Shown: one piece after another, positions 19,974 through 30,637 of the stretch
How positions within the stretch are numbered: the first letter of the stretch is position 1
Layout: every line of letters begins with the position of its first letter
NCBI GenBank assembly: GCA_044226015.1
Contig: JBGAHS010000001.1
Span: 1,216,001-1,280,000, forward strand
Direction of reading: 5' to 3'
Source of the DNA: Candidatus Obscuribacteraceae bacterium
GTDB lineage: Bacteria; Cyanobacteriota; Vampirovibrionia; Obscuribacterales; Obscuribacteraceae
Length of the DNA stretch: 64,000 nt
Made by a program: the position numbers and the translations under genes
The notes under the pieces: generated by a model
What the model saw: only the letters and a program-made list of their open reading frames with translations
What the model was told of the DNA's origin: nothing
The model's database searches: none

Positions 19974-21560
19974 ATGATGTTGAATTCTGCACCATCGAAA
20001 TATTTGTTTGTGCTAGTGCTCGTGATGCTTTCTGGGCAGTCTCTGGCGCTAGCTAAAAAGCCGCCTGTGCGTAGAATGCTCAAATTGATGCCGATGGACA
20101 ACATGGTCGATCATAGCTATGACATTGGTCCATTTAAAGGCTCGGTTGAGACCAAGCAGTTTTTGACTGGAACCACCCTTAACGATAGGCTCAAGTCTCA
20201 AGCCGGCATTTTGGATGGAACGACTCAGGGGGCTGAGCTGAAGGCTAAAGTGTCGGACAACGGTCTGATGCTGAAAGGTCGCGTTGCTGATGCTAACCCA
20301 TATTCAGTTATAGATACGAAGGAACATGAGATTCAAGCTACATTCTTTGTTGATTATCACAAATTGGAAGCTAAAATCGCCCCTGATATTTCTCGTGTAA
20401 TGGATGCTGCTATCGCAGCGGCGAGAAGGCGAGTCGCATTCGAAGTCGCGAAATCTGAAGCTGAAATGAATCGCGAATTGAAGGCGCGGCAACCCATTAA
20501 AGATATGCCGAAGCTCAATAATATTGGACAGGCCGATCCCGAACAAAGTAAGGCACTTCAGCTTAAGCTGGCACAAGCAAAGAAAGGTGATTTGCCTGGT
20601 TCGCAAAATTCAATGAGGCAATTTGAGTTTGCCCTGGCGCAGTCTAAGAATTCGCATGCACAGATTCCCGAAGAGCAGCAGAAGCAAATTGCCGCTGCTG
20701 ATGCTGCCGAGAAAGCTAAGAACGCATGGCCGAAGTTTCCGAAAATGCCAGGCATTCCTGACCTGGGTGCTTTGCCTAAATTTCCCGGATTTCCTCAAGT
20801 CTCAGGTAGTCCAAAGATGCCCGCTGCTGATAAATCGGAACCACCCGTGGTGCCACAAATTGCGCAAGCGAACAGGTTGAAATTTCCTTCGATTCCGACC
20901 AGTAATAGCCCGAAAATTCCAAGTACTTCAATTGCCTTGACCTCAAAAACGCCAGCTGTGGCGAGTCCTGATTTGGGTGATGCTGTGCGGAAAATGAACG
21001 AGGAAATTGCGCGAGCAAAACTTGGATTGCCTCCTGAAACAAGCGTTGATGCACAGCTATCTCATGCGAAGGATAATGCTCAAGCGGTCGTTAAGAAAGC
21101 ACAGCCAGCGATGGATACTGTATTGACCTATCTTCGACATGTTGATGCGCCGAAGACTCTCTCCGCTAATTCAGCTCCTGAACCAAAAGAGGATGAGGCA
21201 ACGGTTCTGCAGTGGGATAAGTGGCATGCTAATTTTGCTTCTCTGGCGAAGGGTCCTATATTGAAAAACGTTAGTCATTTGGAAAATCCCAAGGGTGACG
21301 ATACTGTCGAGATTACTGTGAAGGCTGACAAAACCCTCAGCGTGAGAGTGGTGAAAGCCAGTTCCACCGAGTTTGACAAGGCAATCTTGCAGGCGTATGA
21401 GTCGCTAAATGGCAGTGCTTCACTCCAGTTTCCGCCTGGCTCAAGGCGCAGCAGTATTAGTTTTCAAATCGACAACAAGCACTCTGGCGATGGTATTCCT
21501 TCTGCTGTTAAAAGCGAAACTACAACAGGCGATAGCGAGATTGTGCGCCACCGCAGGTAG
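19974..21560 (+). CDS. Secreted hypothetical protein with Pro-rich linker and TonB-C-like C-terminus
   Basis: Signal peptide; PKFP repeats; WDKWH..VEITV..FDKAILQAYESL..LQFPPGSRR. Confidence 0.65.
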   Translation: MMLNSAPSKYLFVLVLVMLSGQSLALAKKPPVRRMLKLMPMDNMVDHSYDIGPFKGSVETKQFLTGTTLNDRLKSQAGILDGTTQGAELKAKVSDNGLMLKGRVADANPYSVIDTKEHEIQATFFVDYHKLEAKIAPDISRVMDAAIAAARRRVAFEVAKSEAEMNRELKARQPIKDMPKLNNIGQADPEQSKALQLKLAQAKKGDLPGSQNSMRQFEFALAQSKNSHAQIPEEQQKQIAAADAAEKAKNAWPKFPKMPGIPDLGALPKFPGFPQVSGSPKMPAADKSEPPVVPQIAQANRLKFPSIPTSNSPKIPSTSIALTSKTPAVASPDLGDAVRKMNEEIARAKLGLPPETSVDAQLSHAKDNAQAVVKKAQPAMDTVLTYLRHVDAPKTLSANSAPEPKEDEATVLQWDKWHANFASLAKGPILKNVSHLENPKGDDTVEITVKADKTLSVRVVKASSTEFDKAILQAYESLNGSASLQFPPGSRRSSISFQIDNKHSGDGIPSAVKSETTTGDSEIVRHRR

Positions 21561-21695
21561 AGTCGGGTTGCCTGGTTTCGTGACGTAAAGTCCTGTAGGC
21601 AGTTCATGGGGCTACAAGATGATTATTAACTTGGCAAATTGGTAACCTGCTGCTTAACAAGTATTCAAAGACATTCACAGCTGGAATCAAACCCA

Positions 21696-22442
21696 TTAAG
21701 GGTGCCGCTTTGATGGAAAAGTGAAGATGCTTCCATTTTCGTTGACTCCATAAAAGATTGCCAAAACATCATCAAGATTGCACGGGTGTTTTTCTCCATC
21801 CTCTAAGTATTCAAAGTTCCAGCTGGAATCAAGAAACTGCCTACGCAAATACGACTTCATCAAGGAGAAAGCACCTGTCAATGCTCTAAATGAATCTATG
21901 GAATCCCAAACGAGAAGCTTGCCATTTTCTAATTGCGCTGCGCAAGTCCAACGATTTCTAACTTTCCTGGGTTTATGAACAGTCATTGCCAATTCAATTT
22001 TTGACTCATTTCCGACGGCAGTGATGATCACGCTGTCAGTGATCCGCTTTCCAAGCTTGGTGGAATCTCGCGCTATTCCTGTAAAGTCGTGCTCAAACAA
22101 TGCTTCGAGCGCAGTTTCTAGATTGACTTGTTGCCTTTTTCCTGAAAGTCGAAATCGATCGCCCGGTGCAAAATTCTCAAGCATCTTTTTACGGATTGCT
22201 CCAAACGAGTAGGCTATAGATTGAAACTCCGAAGTGCCAATTCCATGAGCTCTCAGTACTGTTTGATTATTCGAATCTTTCAATACCACGAAAGTCCAGC
22301 AAGCTTCTGGTCTGAATTTGTCCAGTCCCCATGTAGGTGCATGCACAATCAAATAATAGAAGCCCGAGCGAAAACACTGGGATTTTAGAATCTCCAGTTC
22401 GCTAAATCCAATCAGTTCCAAATTGTCAGATCGTTTTTTCAT
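21696..22442 (-). CDS. Putative immunity protein of cassette 1
   Basis: ATG overlaps the cassette-1 stop (TAATG). Confidence 0.65.
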   Translation of the reverse strand: MKKRSDNLELIGFSELEILKSQCFRSGFYYLIVHAPTWGLDKFRPEACWTFVVLKDSNNQTVLRAHGIGTSEFQSIAYSFGAIRKKMLENFAPGDRFRLSGKRQQVNLETALEALFEHDFTGIARDSTKLGKRITDSVIITAVGNESKIELAMTVHKPRKVRNRWTCAAQLENGKLLVWDSIDSFRALTGAFSLMKSYLRRQFLDSSWNFEYLEDGEKHPCNLDDVLAIFYGVNENGSIFTFPSKRHP

Positions 22443-23470
22443 TAGTCATCATCAAGTCCTTGATTCTGTCGGCTAATTGCATCGGCTTCGTCCTGTATAG
22501 CCTTTTCGAAATCTGAAGCCTTCCATCTGGCGCGTCCTCGACTTCGAATGATTCGCTTGTAGACGTTTCTATTATCCTTGTCTAACATTCCTTCTGCTGA
22601 CTCACCAAGCGTGCTTGGTTTCACCCTGCCTTTTCTTTTTTTGGCCGCCGAAAAAGGATCCTCTGGCTTTTTTAATCTTGGACGCGGATCTCGTCGAAAG
22701 TCTTCGAAGATCTTTTCCCACCATGGTGTACCTGGCTCTCCACCTTCGTCATCGGGGGCACCACCACCACCACCACCGGGGTCATCACCATCACCACCGT
22801 CCCCATTATCATTGCTGCCACCGGGATTACTTTGATAGCACCTACCAGGAATTAAAGGTTTCGAATTGCCAGCCCCTTGTCCAAATGGTACTAGGTTTCT
22901 TCCAAGAAATGAACCACGGTGTCCTCCGGGTACCGGAACTGCCGTAATAGCTAGGGTTCCATCAGGATCTACCGCCAGAATCGGATTGTTTTCAACATAG
23001 TCGAAAAGATTGATTCCGCCGATTTCACCGAGTGGATCTCGGTTGATGAATCTGCCTTGGTTGGCCGAATATGCTCGTGAGGTAGTTAAGCTGAGTTGAC
23101 TTCTTTCGTGCAGGTAATAGCTTCCGTATCGAAACGTCGCTTCCTGTGCACCAGCCAGTTTAGTCACTAGCCCGTACGGATCATATCGGTACTGGGCCTC
23201 GATGGTCGTTGTACCACCGTTAGTCTTGGTCATCTCTGTCACAGAGCCTTCGTGATTCTGCGTATAAAAATAGCTGGCACTTGGAGATGAAAGTAAAATT
23301 TGGCCCAACCAGAAGTATTGTTGGGATGAATTACTTGAAAGATCTCTTTCCTCACATCTAGCCGTTCCACACCACAAATGTTGCTTCGTCGAAGTGACAC
23401 TGCCAGCAGTGCGCTCCTCGATTTTAGTTGCGCGCGAAAGTGCATCATACGAAAATTGGGTGATGTTTCC
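22442..23470 (-). CDS. Silent Rhs cassette 1 (core + variable tip)
   Basis: Open frame from site GNITQFSYD; RFINRDPLG..NLFDYVENNPILAVDPDG; Gly/Asp linker and basic tip. Confidence 0.88.
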   Translation of the reverse strand, partial: GNITQFSYDALSRATKIEERTAGSVTSTKQHLWCGTARCEERDLSSNSSQQYFWLGQILLSSPSASYFYTQNHEGSVTEMTKTNGGTTTIEAQYRYDPYGLVTKLAGAQEATFRYGSYYLHERSQLSLTTSRAYSANQGRFINRDPLGEIGGINLFDYVENNPILAVDPDGTLAITAVPVPGGHRGSFLGRNLVPFGQGAGNSKPLIPGRCYQSNPGGSNDNGDGGDGDDPGGGGGGAPDDEGGEPGTPWWEKIFEDFRRDPRPRLKKPEDPFSAAKKRKGRVKPSTLGESAEGMLDKDNRNVYKRIIRSRGRARWKASDFEKAIQDEADAISRQNQGLDDD

Positions 23471-23714
23471 GGTGGGATAAGTCTTGATTTCGGTGAAGTC
23501 GAATGATTAAGCCAAAGTCTCTGGGTGAGAAGTCCGTCGTGCTTTTAATTCTCCCAGTGGAAGAGGTTCGAGGTTTCCGCATCCTCACGGTATTAAAAGT
23601 CAGCTGAAATCAAGGCAAAGCATTGCTCAAATTTTTGAAATGCATAACAGCGTCCGCATCAACTATAATTTAAGTCACAGTTAGTTATGACTTACAAAAG
23701 GCCATTTTTTAGCC

Positions 23715-24317
23715 GTGGATCGATTTAAGGATTATTCGCAATTGAAAACATACTCGGACAAAGGGATCACCGAGTACGTTTCGGGGAATGGAGAGTTATT
23801 GCTTCTGGCAAGCTTTTCGACAACTTTTGAACGTGGCAAGTTGATTATCTTTGATTACAAAACCGAAACCAGAACGCCGACAGTAGGACGCGACGGAAAA
23901 TTACTTTTTAAGGGATTTAGCCCCTTCTTTCAATGCCGAATGGAATTCGATTTCAAGAATTGCCATCTGACCTACACTCCTTCGAGTCCTTCATTGAAGG
24001 AGCTAAGAAAAGGCGGTCAGCTCGTAGATTTGATTAGTGAAATAAGAATTGTCTCGATAATTCCTTCTATGTTATTTGGACTCTATTCTCTGCCATTTGC
24101 AAACTCAGAATCGATCATTGTTCCATCAGAAGTTGAACTCGCAACAGGAACATCAACTAGAAAAATCCGCTACAACAACAGTGGCTACATTGAGGAAATC
24201 ATCAGAGACTCCGTACAGGAAGACCGCTCTGTTTTCCTTTCTGGATTGCAGCTAACTAAATCTACTTCCTCTTACCGCACTAAAATTCTGGTGGCAGAAC
24301 ATCGCCGGGAGGAGTAA
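23715..24317 (+). CDS. Convergent partner of cassette 2 (Y..YSDKG..FSTTF family)
   Basis: 200-aa ORF overlapping the tip 3' end; similar to 29952 and 48780. Confidence 0.65.
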   Translation: MDRFKDYSQLKTYSDKGITEYVSGNGELLLLASFSTTFERGKLIIFDYKTETRTPTVGRDGKLLFKGFSPFFQCRMEFDFKNCHLTYTPSSPSLKELRKGGQLVDLISEIRIVSIIPSMLFGLYSLPFANSESIIVPSEVELATGTSTRKIRYNNSGYIEEIIRDSVQEDRSVFLSGLQLTKSTSSYRTKILVAEHRREE

Positions 24318-25254
24318 CTCCCAGAATGCATAGCAGAATGTCCAATGAAAGTCTTGCTTCGTTCAATTGCAATCGATACTTTAAGGTGAAGTCGTCATTA
24401 CGGGCAGCTCGCAGGATCTCCCTCATATGTCTCCTTTGATATCTGTCCATGGCTCTTTGAATGCATTTATAAGCATCATCATAATCATCTCCACCTTCGG
24501 GTGGTGGAGTTATTTTGTCTCCGTCGTCATTACCGCCTCCGCCAGGTCCGCCACCACCACCGCAGCCACCTTTTTTGCTACCATTGTCAGGCTCATCGTT
24601 TTTTCCAGGTTTTGGCTCAGGACTATCGAGCATATCCGCTTCACCAAACCTAGTTTTGTTTCGCCCTCTGTATGCGCCGTCTGTAGCTAGTCTTCCGACG
24701 TTCATTCCTATCCCACCGCGCAATATCTGACCTGTAGGATCCGTCGCTAAAATTGGTGAGCAACCAACATAAGCATATAGATTCAAACCGCCATTTTCTT
24801 GGATCGGATCTCTGTTGATAAATCGTGCAGAATCGGCGCTGTAAGCCCGATAGACAGGCAGATTTAGACCACTGCTGGGATGGAAATAATAGCCCGCATA
24901 TTGGAAATCAGAATTTTGGGTACCCAGCAGTTTTGTGGAGCGACCAAACGGACTGTAGATATACTGGGCTTCTATAGTCGTAACCGGGCCCGCGACAGTC
25001 TTGGTAATTTCCCTTACAGAGTTCAAATGGTCCTTAGTGTAAAACAAGTCAGTAGCCATGCCGGTCGAAAAATTTCTTTGAGCGAGCGACAGAAATTGCT
25101 TGCCATTACTCAAACTACCAATGCCATCTCTCTCCTCACACCTGGACAAGCCACACCATACATGTTGCTTCGTCGAAGTGACACTGCCAGCAGTGCGCTC
25201 CTCGATTTTCGTGGCGCGCGAAAGTGCATCATACGAAAATTGGGTGATGTTCCA
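24280..25254 (-). CDS. Silent Rhs cassette 2
   Basis: Open from the site (in-frame TAA just upstream, so it cannot start earlier); RFINRDPI..PILATDPTG; Gly linker + helical tip. Confidence 0.88.
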   Translation of the reverse strand, partial: WNITQFSYDALSRATKIEERTAGSVTSTKQHVWCGLSRCEERDGIGSLSNGKQFLSLAQRNFSTGMATDLFYTKDHLNSVREITKTVAGPVTTIEAQYIYSPFGRSTKLLGTQNSDFQYAGYYFHPSSGLNLPVYRAYSADSARFINRDPIQENGGLNLYAYVGCSPILATDPTGQILRGGIGMNVGRLATDGAYRGRNKTRFGEADMLDSPEPKPGKNDEPDNGSKKGGCGGGGGPGGGGNDDGDKITPPPEGGDDYDDAYKCIQRAMDRYQRRHMREILRAARNDDFTLKYRLQLNEARLSLDILLCILGVTPPGDVLPPEF

Positions 25255-25415
25255 GGTTTAATCTGATTGGATTTCAGAAGCTTGGAAACATAGCCGCTCT
25301 GTGTCAGAAGTTCCTTAAGATGACTACTCCGGTGAGAAAAGTAGGTAGCCAGCAAAGACAGAAAAATATAAGAGCATGATTGTTGCCGCGTAAGTTCGGA
25401 GGGCGTGTTTTAATC

Positions 25416-25826
25416 CTAAAAATAGACGTCAAAATACAACAGCCCAATTTCAAAGGAAGCAAGCTTCTTCATGGCTTGTGGTGCAAGATTGATAACACCA
25501 TGGTAGGATTCTGCTGACAAAAAAATAGAGATGTCAACTCTGTATCCATTTGACCTGAGCATTCGAATGAGGCTTCTCTTACCTTCAATCTTTTCCAGCA
25601 ACCACAGCAGGTGGAAATTTATATCTTTAGAAATTAAATGCGATGTTCCGAAATACCAGGCACCGAATTCATGACATACAGCAAGCTTAGTGAAGGATGA
25701 ATTCAGATCGCCTTTTCTGAAAGACCTTTGTGGAACCAATTCCAGAAGCTGTGAAATATAGCTAGGGTCGAGATCTGGATGAGCGATCCTCAAATCTAAA
25801 TACAACTCAGATGCTTCGCCAGTCAT
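25416..25826 (-). CDS. DUF4279-like immunity protein, second of a pair
   Basis: LRIAHPDLDPSYISQLLELVP..FRKGD..GAW..HLLWLLEKIE. Confidence 0.75.
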   Translation of the reverse strand: MTGEASELYLDLRIAHPDLDPSYISQLLELVPQRSFRKGDLNSSFTKLAVCHEFGAWYFGTSHLISKDINFHLLWLLEKIEGKRSLIRMLRSNGYRVDISIFLSAESYHGVINLAPQAMKKLASFEIGLLYFDVYF

Positions 25827-26272
25827 AGTGGAGCCACCCCAGAGCTCGCCCACATATCAAAGATAATGGATGAGTCATACCTCGCTAAATCTTTTAGGCT
25901 ACGATCACTAATAGTCCAGCTCATGTTCGTAGATGCGGACACAGAGTAAACGATAAACTCAGTCCTGACGCCGAGTGCAATAATTTCTTTCCACCTTCCT
26001 TGGCATGGAGCTAACTTATCCAAGAGCCATTGTAAGTGGGCTTCAAGCCTTGTAGACTGCACAAATTCATGACTGGATAAAATCCAGCCGTTCTCTAAAA
26101 CTGGAGATTCTTCTTTCTCCAAAGTAATTCTCAAATCGTTTGATAACCATGACCGACTCGGAGTAATCCCCAAAATTTCGGTTATCTGCGCAGGGTCAAA
26201 ATCTTCTCCTACAATTCTAAGACAAACGTGGATACAGGATGGTTTTTCTGAATTTGTATTTTTTGAACTAAT
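25823..26272 (-). CDS. DUF4279-like immunity protein, first of a pair; apparent ATT start
   Basis: Frame extends 5' of the track ORF: CLRIVGEDFDPAQITEILGITPSRSW..HLQWLLDKL; AGGAG 8 nt upstream of ATT 26272. Confidence 0.7.
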   Translation of the reverse strand: MSSKNTNSEKPSCIHVCLRIVGEDFDPAQITEILGITPSRSWLSNDLRITLEKEESPVLENGWILSSHEFVQSTRLEAHLQWLLDKLAPCQGRWKEIIALGVRTEFIVYSVSASTNMSWTISDRSLKDLARYDSSIIFDMWASSGVAPL

Positions 26273-26295
26273 TGGTTTGGCTCCTGTCTTCCGAG

Positions 26296-27222
26296 TTATT
26301 CTATCGGTTTTCCGTTAATGCTTGTGATATTACCTTCGCTATCATATTCAATATTATCAGCTCCGCCAAGGTCTAATCCTGCATCATCTTTTACAGTATG
26401 CGTGCGTCCTCGATCTCCCTTCTTCTCCGTTTTCTCACCTTTCGTTTTTCCTTGCTCTTGCCTCGATTTCCATCGTTCCCTTTCTCGTTCCCTGTCCCTT
26501 TTTGATTTACCTCGACTAGGGCACTCGTTGTCTTTCCCTTTTGGCCCCATTGCATTCGATAGATTCTGGAGCGCGTTCTGTATACCTGGTGCTGCGATTC
26601 TACCGACCTGCTCACCGATCGCCGCGGCTGCCACTGCTGCCCCTGCGTAAGCAATTCCTGCTAAATACGGAACCGCTGGGGCTAAGGCTACAAGAAATGT
26701 TCCATTCGGGTCTTTATAGTTTATTGGATTATCTGCAACATATGAGTAAAGATTCGCGCCCCCGTTTTCCTCAAGCATGTCTCTAGTGATGAACCGTCCT
26801 AGGCTTGAATAATAAGCCCGCGTAACAGTTAGGTTTAGTCCACTTCTACTATGTATGTAGTAACTAGCATACTGAAACTCTGATTCCAAGGAGCCGGCGA
26901 GTTTTGTTGGACGTCCATACGGATCAAAATCATATTGCGCTTCAATTGTGGTGGTGCCAGAAACTGTTTTTGTCATTTCTCGCGTTGAACCAATGTGATC
27001 TTGAGTGTAGAAATAGTTAGTAGGTGTGCTGCTGGTGAAATTGCTCTGACCAAATTCGAAAAATTGCTTGCCATTACTCAAGCTGCCCGACGCATTTCTT
27101 TCCTCGCACCTTTGCGTCCCGCACCAAATATGTTGCTTCGTCGAAGTGACACTGCCAGCAGTGCGCTCTTCGATTTTTGTGGCGCGCGAAAGTGCATCAT
27201 ACGAAAATTGGGTGATGTTCCC
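26296..27222 (-). CDS. Silent Rhs cassette 3
   Basis: Site, Rhs core, NPINYKDPNG, hydrophobic Ala-rich segment, charged tip. Confidence 0.88.
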   Translation of the reverse strand, partial: GNITQFSYDALSRATKIEERTAGSVTSTKQHIWCGTQRCEERNASGSLSNGKQFFEFGQSNFTSSTPTNYFYTQDHIGSTREMTKTVSGTTTIEAQYDFDPYGRPTKLAGSLESEFQYASYYIHSRSGLNLTVTRAYYSSLGRFITRDMLEENGGANLYSYVADNPINYKDPNGTFLVALAPAVPYLAGIAYAGAAVAAAAIGEQVGRIAAPGIQNALQNLSNAMGPKGKDNECPSRGKSKRDRERERERWKSRQEQGKTKGEKTEKKGDRGRTHTVKDDAGLDLGGADNIEYDSEGNITSINGKPIE

Positions 27223-27337
27223 GGTGTCGGTAGCTATGATTTCGATGAATCTGCCTTGGTTTGCTGAATATGCGATGAGTCGTCCCGATACTTCACCCGA
27301 GCACGCTTTGGCGTTAACAATCTTCTGAAGCATGCAT

Positions 27338-27850
27338 TCACATTTTGAACCAATCTCCCGATTGTCCGAATTTTCGCTTGTGCATTTCTGGTAAATCTGG
27401 AGTGATGAGAGGCATTCCATCTGTTAGATCAATTCGTAGAATCAATATTTTGTCGCCAGCAACCAAACTGCCTACAGAATGAGACCATATCAACTTACCC
27501 TTCACGCCGCTGCTTTCAATGACTGCAATGTAGCATTCATCGTCCGTAGACTCTCCTACGATACAGAGTTGACAATCGGAGTATTCCAAAGTTTATTCCT
27601 CAGGCAATGGCAATCGAGTACAACTGTCGGGGCAGCCAGCTAGACATCTATTTAAAGCTTGAATTGCCGCTTTAGTAAGTCTAATTTTTTCTTCTTCAGA
27701 AGCATTTGGCGGGATCTGCGCGATACGCCAATAATACCAAGCATGGCTACTCTGGCCAAAAAGATCAGCGCATAACCCTTCCACAGATCCATGTGGCAGT
27801 GCTTTGAAGTCTCTAGAAGCTGTTTGATAAGAGACTCTGCCGTTATCAAA
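27338..27850 (-). pseudogene. Core-less remnant of a Cys-containing tip plus a short downstream partner ORF
   Basis: 27593-27784 (..LNRCLAGCPDSC) followed 3 bp later by 27338-27589; no Rhs core or site upstream. Confidence 0.4.
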
Positions 27851-28165
27851 TCATCGTTTTGTATGCAAATAGGTATTGCTTGTTTTAGCAGTCCAAATTT
27901 TCACCGCAAGCAGGAAGTTTGGAACTCAAGACAGATTGTCCGACAAGCAAAGCTGCTTCTTCGCTCTAACCTTGCTTGTTTCGTAGTAGTCAATGAGAGA
28001 TTTCGACAACTCGAAAGAAAAGTCATTAGTGCACCTTTTTTGCTCTTTCTCACTTCCCGTAACAAGAAAGTATGAACTCGATGTTGCTACTCGGCTTACC
28101 GATTTGTTCTCAAGTTTCGCTACTGGTATGATGGACACACCGATTGCCAACAATACGGAGCCGCC

Positions 28166-28837
28166 GTGCAGCAGTTGCCACCTGAAGATTTTTTGTATAT
28201 TGAGAAATCCTGTTACGAACACAAGTTCGATTCAGGAACCAAAAATGGCATTTTTTGGATGACTTCAAATAGATTGCGCATTGATACACTGCTTGAGATT
28301 GTCCTTCCACCGAAGCAATTTTGGTTTGTAAGCATCGGAACACGGACTGGTGAATACACAATCTCGAAGGACTTATCTAGTTGGCCGAAAGATTTGATGT
28401 GTGGCAAATTCTTCGTTGTAGAGAGTGAAAACGTTCAACCAGGCGGGAGCTTTGAGTTCCCTCCTTTAGTTAAAATGAATTGCATTGCTGGCCATCCTTG
28501 CCTGGAAGATAGTGATTCATGGACATTGTTTGCAGAACTTAAAGCAACATTTTACATATGCGCTTCTTTTGTAGGAGTCGCCACGATATCTCACGCTCGT
28601 GCACATATTGATCAGGTGCTTCAAAGCGAGCAGTTTTGCTCCTTAGAATTTGAAGAACAGTCGAGACTTAGACAGGTCAAGAAAAAATTTTGGTTAGCAA
28701 CCGGACCTGAAACTGGACCAGAAACATGCATAGAGCCAGGCTGCAAGAGGCTCAGGTCTCGAATCGCCGTTCGATGCATCAGGCACCAATGGCAGTGGGG
28801 AGAGCAATTTTCATCGACCGGATTCAAGCATCTTTGA
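28166..28837 (+). CDS. Hypothetical protein convergent with cassette 4 (possible partner)
   Basis: 223-aa ORF ending 8 bp from the tip stop; C-terminal C-x4-C..C-x2-H. Confidence 0.5.
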   Translation: MQQLPPEDFLYIEKSCYEHKFDSGTKNGIFWMTSNRLRIDTLLEIVLPPKQFWFVSIGTRTGEYTISKDLSSWPKDLMCGKFFVVESENVQPGGSFEFPPLVKMNCIAGHPCLEDSDSWTLFAELKATFYICASFVGVATISHARAHIDQVLQSEQFCSLEFEEQSRLRQVKKKFWLATGPETGPETCIEPGCKRLRSRIAVRCIRHQWQWGEQFSSTGFKHL

Positions 28838-28845
28838 ATAGTCGC

Positions 28846-29823
28846 CTACATTGCCTGTTTGAGTGGAGGAGTAGCTGGACAACCACCATCGTCGCCGTTG
28901 CCAGGACCTGGACAGCGTCGGGCGCATTCCTGCCCAGCTTGCGAAGCAAAGTTATAGGGTACACCATAATTCAACAACAGTTGAGCAGCAGCAGCACAGG
29001 CTGCCTTACAACGCTGTCCTCCATTAGGTCCGCGGAAATGAGACCAAGGCTGGCCGGGCCAGATTACGAATGGGTCTCTGTACTGGTCTGGGTGTTCCCA
29101 TTCTCTCCATTCTGGAAGTGGTGCAAGGTTTGGATCAAACAGTTCCTTAATGTTTTTGTTTAACTCCGGTCCATGATCTTGCAACCATTTCATAGCCGCG
29201 GCGGCTGAAGCAGCAGCACCAGCTGCAGCGGCCGCACCACCTACAGTAAGTGAACCTGCTTCTGTAGCAATGATCGGAATCGCCAGTACAGCAAGGATTT
29301 CGCCACTAGGGTCTGTAAATTTTGTGGGCATGTTGTTTACATAGGCATAAACATTGAGTCCTCCGTTTTCAGCAAGTGGATCTCTGTTCAAAAATCTCCC
29401 AAAGCTTGAAGAGTACTCTCTGTATACTGGCGCACTCAATCCAGCACGTGTTTGGAAAAAATATCCAGCATAAAGAAAGTCCGAGTCAGTGCCACCTGCA
29501 AGCTTGCTTCGACCTCCAAATGGATCGTAGCCATACTGAGACTCAATTGTCGTTGTTCCTGCAACATATTTTGACATTTCTCTCACTGAGCCTAAGTGGT
29601 CCGCAGAGTAGACGTAACTTGTGGCTGCACCTCCAGAGTAATTTACTTGACCGAGTCCTAAAAACACCTTGCCGTCATTCAAGCTACCCGAGGCGTTGCG
29701 CTCCTCGCATCTACTTAAGTGTGACCACAAATGTTGCTTCGTCGAAGTGACACTGCCAGCAGTGCGCTCCTCAATTTTCGTGGCGCGCGAAAGTGCATCA
29801 TACGAAAATTGGGTGATGTTTCC
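28846..29823 (-). CDS. Silent Rhs cassette 4
   Basis: Site, core, NMPTKFTDPSG, Ala-rich segment, Cys-pair tip. Confidence 0.88.
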   Translation of the reverse strand, partial: GNITQFSYDALSRATKIEERTAGSVTSTKQHLWSHLSRCEERNASGSLNDGKVFLGLGQVNYSGGAATSYVYSADHLGSVREMSKYVAGTTTIESQYGYDPFGGRSKLAGGTDSDFLYAGYFFQTRAGLSAPVYREYSSSFGRFLNRDPLAENGGLNVYAYVNNMPTKFTDPSGEILAVLAIPIIATEAGSLTVGGAAAAAGAAASAAAAMKWLQDHGPELNKNIKELFDPNLAPLPEWREWEHPDQYRDPFVIWPGQPWSHFRGPNGGQRCKAACAAAAQLLLNYGVPYNFASQAGQECARRCPGPGNGDDGGCPATPPLKQAM

Positions 29824-29951
29824 GGTGGGATTTGATTGGATTTCAGCGGGTTTGGGAAGATTCTGTTGGCGGAAGTCGTTGCAACAGTCACTTCAAGTGC
29901 TAACACGCTGATTCCGGTCAAATGGCATTGTGATAAACTGGTGTTATTATC

Positions 29952-30632
29952 TTGGTGTATCCAATGACCCCAGCCAGATTGATAGAGGCTTATAGAAATT
30001 GCTCCATCTACTCTGATAGAGGAATCTCTTTTGGTTGGGTTGGTCATAGCTTGCTCAAGACTGAATTCTCGACGCACTATGAATCACCATCTCAGTTTAC
30101 TCTAGATTGTCGACAAACCATCGATCAAACATCAACTATCCTGGGCGAATGTCACATGGAGCTTACGCCGGGTGGATTTGCTCTTCACGAATCAGAAGGT
30201 GGAAATTCCTTACCAGTGATGAGTTTAATGTCTATTGATTTAGCGATTCACCACACTTTAGTGATATCGAATGGGGTGTCTCTCTTGGTGCCTGGCTTGC
30301 TGTTTAACAGAGTGAGTGGTGACTCTCTCAACATGAGATTCTTTGAAGACTGGGCTGAGAACGATGATGGATCAATTGAGGTCCATGGAAGAAAAGGTTA
30401 TATGAGAATTTGGCTTAACGGATCGCTAATTGAAAGAGCTATTATTTTGTTAAAAAGTCGGGATAAGAAACATTCAATCGAAATCGCGAGGAACGCAGGA
30501 TTTGATGGCGATTTTACTCTACCCGCGCAAACTTTTAGCATCATCAAAGAGTTGGGAGGCCGATTAGTTGGCGATCTTAGCCAGCTGACAGCTTGTTATT
30601 TGTTAGATTACAAAGAACATAGATTTATTTAG
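29952..30632 (+). CDS. Convergent partner of cassette 5
   Basis: YRNCSIYSDRG..EFSTHYE; ends 5 bp from the tip stop. Confidence 0.65.
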   Translation: MVYPMTPARLIEAYRNCSIYSDRGISFGWVGHSLLKTEFSTHYESPSQFTLDCRQTIDQTSTILGECHMELTPGGFALHESEGGNSLPVMSLMSIDLAIHHTLVISNGVSLLVPGLLFNRVSGDSLNMRFFEDWAENDDGSIEVHGRKGYMRIWLNGSLIERAIILLKSRDKKHSIEIARNAGFDGDFTLPAQTFSIIKELGGRLVGDLSQLTACYLLDYKEHRFI

Positions 30633-30637
30633 TCACC

